Assembly: GCF_006345805.1 (NCBI RefSeq)
Contig: NW_021833305.1
Span: forward strand, 1 to 64,000
Length of the DNA: 64,000 bases
Direction of reading: 5' to 3'
From: Octopus sinensis
Taxonomy: Eukaryota
This document shows, piece by piece, positions 54,182-64,000 of this stretch (the stretch's first letter is position 1; each line of letters opens with the position of its first letter). A program made the position numbers and the translations under genes. The notes beneath the pieces are model-generated. The model was not told the origin of the DNA, ran no database searches, and worked only from the letters and a program-made list of their open reading frames with translations.

Positions 54182-54376
54182 ACGGAGATGTACTTGCCTA
54201 GCGAGTGACTTGATCTGAGATCGTGTACTGGAACAAAATCAATTGCAGCGTGGAAGGTGTTTATAAGCCATTTAAGAAACACACAAAAACCGTTAGATTT
54301 TCAACCGTTCAACATTTAAATTTCATTTGTCAAAATATTTTCGTCGCTTTGAGACCGCGACCTGTTCCCTGACGAA
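54182..54376. mobile_element. Single-arm copy of the 39.3-kb fold-back family
   Basis: Shares ACGGAGATGTACTT...GCGTGGAAGGTGTTTATAAGCCATTT...TTTCGTCGCTTT.AGACCGCGACCTGTTC; starts directly after (TA)n. Confidence 0.75.
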
Positions 54377-54547
54377 GTCGTGTGGACTCATCATTTTTCT
54401 TTTTGCCTACATAAAAATATGTGTTATTTCCTCGGAGATACATCTGGTAGTTGAAATGACATTAGCGTCTATTTCTAATTTCTGTACGTGGCGAAGCAAT
54501 TGGCTGACCCCTGATTATAATTATGGATATAATTATAGAATATTTTG

Positions 54548-54617
<70 letters not shown>

Positions 54618-56382
54618 ATAGTTGGGCTTCCACATAGTTTCCATTAACCAACTTCACTGAAAAGGCATTGGCCGACCCTGGGGTATAGTAGAAAGCACTT
54701 GACAAATACCATGCAGAGGGAATGAAATCACTACCAGGTGTCAGGAAAACGAACATCATATCTAACATCCATGCCTGCACTTCGCCATAATGCCAAGATT
54801 TGCCATCCATAACCGTTACGTCTAGTTTTACATAAACTGACTTAATGATTTATGTTTATGCAAGTAAGCTGTAATATGTTATATAATTTGCTTGTACGTC
54901 ATAAATATGTGTAGCATGATTTTTGCCCTTCAGTAACAGCTGTAATTTCCTATTTGCTTACAGCTAGAAAGTATGGAAAACGACTAATATTTCCTTCAAA
55001 TTTATTGAAACCCCAAAGAATCCCTCTCAGCACATGGTTAGTATGCTCCCCACTATTCCAATTCATGATTAGAGATGCATATATTGCCAGGCACTAAGAG
55101 ACATACGCAAATAGTTAATGTCACACAAATGAAAAGGAAATATGTGGTATTGAGAAGAATATTTACTTTAATGCTATTTCCGCTTCAGCAACTTTGTGCA
55201 GAATCTCTCTGAAATGTAATGGAAAATAGGTCAGTTTCAAATCGTTGATATCCAGGTCACAAAAGCATAGTTTTCGGGAAATATTTCCTTTCTAGAAATC
55301 TATGATTTCTAGATAGGAAATAAACCATTCCAATATAAGAAATAACACATATAGACTAAAGACCAAAACAATATTTTATTACATAGTGTAATAATTAGTG
55401 TAAATAAGGTGTAATTTGACTGCCATTTCTAGAAGCACCAACGACCGATTAAGGTCGTGGTTATGTTTCTAAAGCAGGTGATATTATATTTATTTCCCAT
55501 AAGTCCAAATTTCTGAAATTTATATAAATGAGACCGCGAAATAATGGTCCCTGTATGAGACGAATGTCATCTTGGTTTTCGATTTGCATTCATCGTAGCA
55601 TGACATCTTCATACTGAAGTTGAACATTAGCTTTCAACTTTCAGTTTGATGCCTTTCTTGATACCATATGTTTAAGATTGAAGGCATCATGTGCTTGCAT
55701 TCTAACAAAAGAACACGTACGTGTATAGGTAGGATTTTTTTAACGTAAGGAGGTGAACTAAGATAACGTTGTTCATTTAAAATTCTACTGGAATGACAGT
55801 TTTGTAACAGAGAAAGGAAGGTGCTATGAAATTTTAATTGCATAAAATTAAAAATGAGAATACATTGTACCTTCTGTCACAACGGTGACTATCAGGAGAG
55901 CTAAAAAAATAAATGAGAAATGTTTCACACGACATGGGATTAGGAAATAGAAACCACACATTGTAAATATCACATGTGACGGTATGATTATTCAAAGAGA
56001 AGGTTACATTTATAAAAAAAAAACAGTTTGCGAATGCAAAAGCCAATGAAAACTCATTAACCCTTTGCATATCAATTACTGTGAAACATGAATTTCTCGA
56101 ATTATTCTTTAGTTTTCCAAATCTAGAGTAACGAAATATTCAATTTAATATTTGCCAAATTCTCAAAACTTATATATTTGTAGAATAGTTCCAAGAAAGA
56201 ATTGAAATATTCTGTGAAACACAAAAATTTAGCAGAATACAAAAAAAAAGAGTTATTGAAATAAAACTTTGATAATGTTATATTCAATAAATATATTTTT
56301 GCAGATTAAAATTGTGAAAAAACATTTAGAATAAATTTCCCCTTGTGAAAAGAAGTATAATACATATATACATATATAACGC

Positions 56383-56470
<88 letters not shown>

Positions 56471-57008
56471 ATATATATATGTACATATATATATATATAT
56501 ATATACATTCTGGTGCTATATTATTATTATCATTATTTTTTTTTGTTGGACAGAAATCTTTGAAAATTCCCATAATTAAAAGGAAAATAGTCTTCTCTTT
56601 TTTTGCTGACATTTCTTTGAATTCACCCCATTTCATATTCAGGTTTATTATTTTTACTGAATAGAGGAAAAAGAAAAGCTGCATGAGTCGGTGTGTGTAA
56701 GTGAGTTATACGTGCGTGTGTCTCTGGATATGTCCGTGCGTGCATATTTGTGAAATCGTGTATGTACACGTGCGTGTGGAGAGTATTTGAAAATGTGTTT
56801 ATATATATATATAATATATATATATATATAATATATATATATATACAACATATAGTTTGTAAGCAGTCGTAGATATTCACAGACAGACACGTTTATAAAG
56901 AAAACTCACACATACACACACAAACCCACACAGACATATACGTACGCTGATGCTTATGTACATATATATGCATTTACACATGTATGTAGATGTATATATA
57001 TATATATA

Positions 57009-57046
<38 letters not shown>

Positions 57047-57323
57047 TAAAATACATTTATAATAATGCATACATATACATACCTGTTCCATAGAAATAAT
57101 TATACATTTATACATACATATTTTCATATTTTATTCATATATATCTCTCAATGTTTTGGAGAACATACACATACTTACATAGACACACATATAGATATCC
57201 ACAAATGTGCATATGGTTATATAGGTGTGTGCATGCCTGTTCTATGTATGTGTCCATTTATCTGGTTAAATATATATATATATATATAAATGCAAAAATA
57301 CAAAATTTAATATACATATGCAA

Positions 57324-57370
<47 letters not shown>

Positions 57371-57804
57371 TGTATGCATATATTTATATATTGATACATA
57401 TATATATACACACAGATATATAGCTATATATGTGCACTAGGTATATATATATATGTAATCATGCACAGACCGATACTTATATACACATATAATTTGAATA
57501 TTTCCAACGTAAAGATATGCACATATATAAATATGATTTTTTGATTACAAACTACATATACATGGTAGGTTTTATTTTGTTGTCGCATCCTTAAATTTTG
57601 CTTTGGCTGATTTTATTGCTGTTATTATGGAATCTTTCTCTGCGAACGATTTCGTGGTTGTCGATGCAGAAGTGGAGGAAAATTGGTTTGTATACCCCTC
57701 TTGTCAAAATATAAATTTCTAAGGAAGAAGCAAATCCATATGTACACTTACATCCTACCTGTAATTTCAACAGGTTTTCTCGTTATGTACTTATATATAT
57801 ATAT

Positions 57805-58108
57805 GAAGAAATAAATAAATGCAGTTGAACGAAGATGTTAATAAAATTCTTTTACTTTCGACATATGTTTCGAAGACAACATGGTTTTATTCCAAAGGAA
57901 TAAACGGTGTGAAATGCAATCTTCTCATCAGGAGAGAAAGAGAGCCTCTCTCAACGACAAGAAATTATAACAATTGCGATGACTACCTACATGATAAACA
58001 GATAGGTCGCTTCAACCGTGTTTCTGACGCGTATTTGCTACCCTGGTAACGGTTCATTGAATTTTCCATGCTAACGGTAAACATAGGATAATTGATTCAC
58101 CCATGAAA
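57805..58108 (-). mobile_element. Same HHR-bearing element, copy C; HHR at 57855-57936
   Basis: Minus strand reads CTCTC-CTGATGA-GAAGAT...GTCTTC-GAAA-CATATG-TC-GAAAG. (TA)n on both sides. Confidence 0.75.
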
Positions 58109-58136
58109 TATATATATATATTATATATATATATAT

Positions 58137-58168
<32 letters not shown>

Positions 58169-58169
58169 T

Positions 58170-58200
<31 letters not shown>

Positions 58201-58242
58201 TATATATATAATATATATATATATATATCTATATATGTATAT

Positions 58243-58305
<63 letters not shown>

Positions 58306-58362
58306 GTTTAATATTTGTTGTGCAAGATTGGCTAAACTGGCAATATGACAATTCCGAAATAT

Positions 58363-58413
<51 letters not shown>

Positions 58414-58451
58414 TTGTATTTAGGAATGGTCATTTTGCCAGTTTAGCCAAT

Positions 58452-59960
58452 AAAAAACATATGCAATATATATTTGGTGTTATTTTGCTTCAGCTTTATT
58501 TATTTTTTACATTAATCTTAATCTTATTTCGGCCAGAGTTCTTTCGTCTCACTCCTGTGACCGCATCAGTGTTCCTTTGCTTTCTTCTTTCTTATTTGTG
58601 TGTTTCTCCTTACTAACCGTCAGCCATTTTGCATTTCTATTGTATATGCCTTCATTTGCGCATGCGTATATCTCTATGTGCGGCTATGTTTAGTTAGTTT
58701 GTGTGTGGGGGGATACCTGTAATATTTGTATATCCTGTTTATATACGTTCTTGTAATTTGTCCTCGCTTGGAACAATGTTCAAGGGGCTGGAATATTCCA
58801 GAAACATCTTGAAGGGTCTACTTTTTACTATCTCTTTCCATTCATTATATAACTAAGTTGCACTGATCAAAGTTAAACTAAATTTCCTTATCATGTTTTG
58901 CCAAAGTGTTTGCCTTTCCTCACTACTTTAACCTACACCTATTGATTCTAGACGAAGCCATCTTTAGCCGTTTTGAACAGGGCAATCACATGCCTACATC
59001 TTCAACTGCTGTTCAAACTGGAATTTTGGTGGCGCATATATTTGAACACTCATACCTATTAGCTTGAGTAATCCCGACGGAGAGTCTTCATATTCTTGAT
59101 ATAAATAAATATGAAATTTAGACTATGATATTACATTTAAAAAATCCAAATAATGACGTTAGACGTAGAGACACTTTCTTATCTTTGCTAATAAGAAAAT
59201 TCCCTTCTGAATGAGAGCCCACACATATACACACACGTATGCACAAATTCCTACGTATAACCTAAGTTACTGCTACAGATGCTGGTCGAAATACTTCTAT
59301 ATTCTGTTATCTTTATAGGATTCTATTAATTATTTCTTATTAAATCTTTGTGTAAGGCTTAGCATATATTAAATCATTTGCCAACTCTTCATAGTAATGA
59401 ATATATGTATTGTGTTTATTTCTCAATTACTGCAGCGCTGTTTATCTTTCTTTTATAATATTTGAGGCTAAACAATTTGTTCATGTGTATAATGTTACAG
59501 GATTGTATTGCAGTAGATTTAACATTGACGATACTGTTGTTACAGATTTTCAGGAGTTATACATGGATTGATAATGTTGTGCTATTCTCATTTATTTTAT
59601 CATTTTTCTGCATTGTCATAACTGAATTCATAATTTTCTTTGAAGATATATTCAGACTTTATTGTGAATAATCAGTGTATTTCTGTAATTTAGTATCTTC
59701 TCAGCGTAGGTTGTTAGATTGTTAACATTATTTTGTCAGTAACATTTGATTCCTGTCATCAAAAACCTAGGAACATCTTTGCTTTGCGGGTTCTCTAGAT
59801 TATGTTGTTTGGGGCTCCTTTGGTTGACAATTCCAATGTGATGTTTTTGTTTGCCAACTACCTGCAAATTTTTCCCACTTATCAATCATACAACTTAAAT
59901 TTTTAGATCTATTTCCTTGTTAGAAAGATTATGAAATTTTTTTGGCAGCAATACGTTTCT
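58452..59960 (-). mobile_element. Possible highly decayed Penelope-like element (GIY-YIG-like remnant with degenerate terminal HHR at ~58525-58575)
   Basis: Minus strand shows CTGATGC-GGTCACAGGAGTGAGAC-GAAA-GAACTC and interrupted peptides (FKCNIIV*ISYLFI..VGITQ) loosely like GIY-YIG. A 29-bp inverted repeat lies at its end. The protein match is weak. Confidence 0.35.
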
Positions 59961-60286
59961 TGGTGTGACATCAAGTAAGGTTGAAACTACATTTCTCCCT
60001 GGGCCGCATGATTTATTCCTTATATTTTTAAATACGCGCGGTGGAATATAACTATAAGTTTATGCATATGTGTGAATAAGTATAAGAAAATCCCCGTTGT
60101 GCGTTAGGTAAATGTGAAAACCTTTAATGAATGGAACAGCGGGATGTAGCTGTATTTCAAAATCTGAGTACCTATTTCTTTACTGCCCACAAGGGGCTAA
60201 ACACAGAGGGGACAAACAAGGACAGACAAACGGATTAAGTATATTATATCGACCCCAGTGCGTAACTGGCACTTATCTGAGTACCA

Positions 60287-60703
60287 TACTCTTTTACTCA
60301 TTTAGTTGTTTCAGTCATTTGACTGCGGCCATGCTGGATACCGCCTTTTTTAGTCGAGCATATCGATCCCAGGACTTATACTTTGTAAGCCTAGTACTTA
60401 TTATATCGGTCTCTTTTGCTGAACCGCTAAGTAACGGGGACGTAAACACACCAGCATCGGTTGTCAAGCGATGTTGGGGGGGGGACAAACACAGACACAC
60501 AAACACACACACATATATACATACATATATATATATATACGACGGGCTTCTTTCAGTTTCCGTCTACCAAATCCACTCACAAAGCTTTGGTCGGCCCGAG
60601 GCTACAGTAGAAGACACTTGCCCAAGATGCCACGCAGTGGAACTGAACCTGGAAGCGTGTGGTTGGTAAGCAAGCTACTTACCACACAGCCACTCCTGCG
60701 CCT
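60287..60703 (-). mobile_element. SINE family A, full length (abuts a family B fragment at ~60170-60278)
   Basis: Reverse complement of family A. Confidence 0.9.
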
Positions 60704-60957
60704 ATACAGAAACAATATTAAGAGTAACCTATAAGCAACTAAATAAGTAACCTGTCATGGTCAGTTGGATCTTTAAGACAATATATTACATATGGATTGA
60801 AGCCATGTTAAAGATCTCTGTTTCGATTCTTTCCACCATACTAATTGATATGTACAGACTCACACGTCCATAAATTCGAGTGATTCGATGACCACGTGTT
60901 TACCGTTGGCGATTTACTTCCTCCGTCTTCCCATCTCTGGATCTTTCTTTTTCCTAT

Positions 60958-60992
60958 GTTTCTGACGAAGAGCTCCGCTCGAAACGTTAAAC
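60958..60992 (+). ncRNA. Minimal hammerhead in a Penelope-like terminal repeat (~60870-61098)
   Basis: GTTT-CTGACGA-A-GAGC-tcc-GCTC-GAAA-CG-TT-AAAC; extra A between A9 and G10.1; palindromic ACGT helix III; ends in (TA)n. Confidence 0.7.
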
Positions 60993-61652
60993 CCTCCTTC
61001 TTTCCTTCTTTCCTGAGCGTCCAATAATACTATATTTGTTCCACGTCCTTGCGTTGTTGTGTTTTCTCTTTGTGTTTTCATATTTGGATTAACTTTATAT
61101 ATATAAATGTATGTATATATGTATGTATGTATGGATATTCGAGAGTAAAAAAATGTGCGTGCTAGTGTGTGCGTATGTGCGGGTTAGTGTGTGTGTGTGC
61201 ATATGAATATTATCTCTGTTTATGTGCTTTTATATTCGTGTGTGTGTAAGTGCGTTTCTCTATATGACTGGTATTGAGTGTTTGTGTGCGTATATGTGCT
61301 TGCCTGTGTGTGTGTGTGTGTGTGTGAATATGCATCACTGTTTATGGCTGCTTATATTGGTGTGTGTGCATGTGTCTAGTCAATTGTTCAATATGTAAAT
61401 AATTCCGTATATCAGGAACTTCTTGTTGCCGTATGTCTAAATGGCGTTCGGATAATTTTCAGTCTCCGTGTGCGTGTGTATGTATGTCTGCATGAATTTG
61501 TGCATCCGCTTATGATTTCTTAAACATTGTTTTTTCCTATTCATATGCATACATAAAATAAATGCATATATGCGTGTATGTGTGTGTGAGATTGCATGTG
61601 TATACGTAGGTGTTCGTGTGCGTGTGTCCATGTGTGTATGTATACATATAGA

Positions 61653-61703
<51 letters not shown>

Positions 61704-61779
61704 GTGGGTGTAGGTGTGGATGTGGGTCTGTGTATACATGTGCATTTGCGTGTTTACATATGTATATATATATATATAT

Positions 61780-61810
<31 letters not shown>

Positions 61811-62929
61811 ATGTATATGCATGTATGTATATATATATATATGTGTGTGTACGTATCCATCTGTAAACATGTTTTTAAGCATTTTATTATCTGTTTATGT
61901 GACTGTAGGTTTGGAAGTGTATGTGTATATATATATATATATATATTTATATATACATATATATATATGTGTGTGTGTGTGTGCGTATAGATATATGCAT
62001 ATATGTATACGGGAAACGGAAGTTCATATATACGTCAGATGCGTATGTTCATGCACATTGTCGTGTTTCCTCTCTGCGAATGCGCGTGTCTTTGTGTGTA
62101 TGTTTGTGTAATATCGTTGAAAAGAACAAGCAAAAAATTGACAAAAGTAACACAGAAGGAAGTACATCAAAGGCTAGAATTCGTTACATTTCATAGCCAG
62201 AAGCAACATTCTGCAAGAATTTAATGAAAATAACGGAGTTCTTCAATTGCTATATGACTTTCATTAGTTTACCAAAATTGTCTATTTCCTCAAACTTCAC
62301 TGCCACCATATTTCATTAAAATTTCATCAAAATCATATTTTTAAAAAGTGTTTTTTGTTTTCGTTGTATGTATTTTTTCTTTCTTTCTCATTTTACAGTT
62401 TTCTTTTTCATTCAGCAAAATCTGAACGCCAAAAAATGGAATGGTAAAATATCTAGAAAAAAGAGAAAAAAAACTCAGTGAATATTCGGGTTAGGTGAAT
62501 GACATCGACAGCACATAGAGATGCCTACATACATTTATACACATACACATGCAAACACACGCAAACACAAACAGATACATACACATACACACATACATAT
62601 AAAACGCACTCGCATTTATATATGTATATATACAAATATATGCATACATATATACACATATATATATATTTGCATATACGTATATATGCATATATACATA
62701 TATACAAATATATATATATGTATATGAGCATATATATGCATACGTATATATATGCACATATATATGCATATATATATATTATATATATATATGTGTCTGT
62801 CTGTGTGTGTGTGTGTGTGTGTACAACACACGCTACAAAATTCCGTGTAGCGAAATAATGAGAATTCTTATAAGTGTAAGTATAGAGATGATAGTCGTAA
62901 TACTAATAATCGTAGTAATGATAATATCA

Positions 62930-62968
62930 ATCATAATAATAATAATAATAATAATAATATAATAATAA

Positions 62969-63018
<50 letters not shown>

Positions 63019-63071
63019 TAGTAGTAGTAGTAGTAATAATGACAATAATAATAGTAATGATAATAATAAAA

Positions 63072-63113
<42 letters not shown>

Positions 63114-63157
63114 TAATAATAATAATAATAATAATAATAATAGTAATAATCATAATA

Positions 63158-63235
<78 letters not shown>
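62930..63235. repeat. (TAA)n/(TAG)n microsatellite
   Basis: Direct reading. Confidence 0.95.
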
Positions 63236-63236
<1 letters not shown>

Positions 63237-63298
63237 TGCTGGGGCTGTAAGAATTTCATGTGACATTTTCCAGGGTGCTTCTCTATCACCATTTGTCT

Positions 63299-63453
63299 TT
63301 AGCCTACCCTTAATACGTCTCTTGAAATACGTAAGATACGGACAGTTCCCATGAGCATCATATTTTGAATTTCTGCCATTTTGAGGTTTCCTAGGATCTG
63401 TGCTAGGTAGGAATCAGTCCCTTTGCAGTCATTCCTAGTGAACCTATAACGAC
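63299..63453 (-). pseudogene. C-terminal end of an R4/NeSL-type ORF
   Basis: Minus strand VVIGSLGM..(frameshift)KGTDSYLAQILGNLKMAEIQNMMLMGTVRILR matches the VVIGxLG...IQ...LLGT.RILR end of REL-type ORFs; followed by a short 3' UTR and a (TTA)n tract. Confidence 0.65.
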
Positions 63454-63546
63454 AAGTATATAAAATACATTTCTATATTCAAGAGATGAGGAATTATGTA
63501 CTTTATTTACAATTGACGGATATTTGTCCTCATCTTGTTTGTTGTT

Positions 63547-63592
63547 AACATAACGTTTCGGCTGATATACCCTCCAGCCTTCATCAGGTATC
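63547..63592 (-). ncRNA. Minimal hammerhead with decayed helix I, in a Penelope-like fragment (~63480-63637)
   Basis: Minus strand reads GATAC-CTGATGA-A-GGCTG-gagggtatat-CAGCC-GAAA-CG-TT-ATGTT. Confidence 0.6.
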
Positions 63593-63637
63593 TTGGGGGA
63601 AATTTTGAACCTGGGTTCTCATTCCTAAGATATTTTT

Positions 63638-64000
63638 CCCGGACCAGATGGGATTCATAGCTATTGGCTGAAGAGATGCCACGCGGTGCATGAAAGACCA
63701 GCAGCACAATTGAGTGTGTCCAGAATGGTACAGTCGCCACATGGATGGTGATTGGGAGGACTACACTTATAATGAAAGATAGAAGAAAGGGGAATGTTGT
63801 GGGAAACTACCGTCCCATAGCGTGCCTAAACATAATCTGGAAGATACTCACTGGAAGATTGCGGCAAAGACATATACTTTCCTGGCACATGAAGAAATAC
63901 TACCAAAGGAAGAAAAAGGATGTAGGAAGAGTTTTCAGAGTACCAAGTATCAACTAGTCATCGATAAAGCACATCTTGAGGCATTGTAAAAAGCATCATA
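63638..64000 (+). pseudogene. Reverse transcriptase N-terminal relic of an R4/NeSL-type (REL-endonuclease) non-LTR element; runs off the window
   Basis: PGPDGIHSYWLK, GRTTLIMKD..KG..VGNYRPIACLNIIWKILTG, ILPKEEKGC, TKYQLVIDK, with frameshifts. Confidence 0.8.

Noticed and set aside
63689-63720. CTGAAGA...GCAT-GAAA motif
   Set aside because: No helix III or UH site; lies within RT coding sequence.

Overview
AT-rich eukaryotic non-coding DNA full of microsatellites, tRNA-derived SINEs and decayed transposons. The repeat types suggest an octopod cephalopod (inference). I found no convincing host protein-coding exon, and almost all ORF-track entries are translated microsatellites. The main result is an unusual density of hammerhead ribozyme (HHR) motifs. 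A tandem array of about 4.6 copies of a ~490-bp unit (4755-6992) carries one type I HHR per unit. Each HHR has an extended helix II and a self-complementary helix III, and the unit folds extensively. The array lies between (TA)n tracts, like a retrozyme (ribozyme-processed, circular-RNA-type retroelement). Several dispersed Penelope-like HHR families are also present, including apparent U3:A8 and G3:C8 core covariants. Other content: a U6-retroposon chimera, a 192-bp array with dimeric higher-order structure, a non-autonomous Helitron, a TTAA-flanked MITE, mariner and DD41D-like transposase relics, and RTE-like and R4/NeSL-like LINE relics. All structures were derived by hand; no folding or database searches were run.
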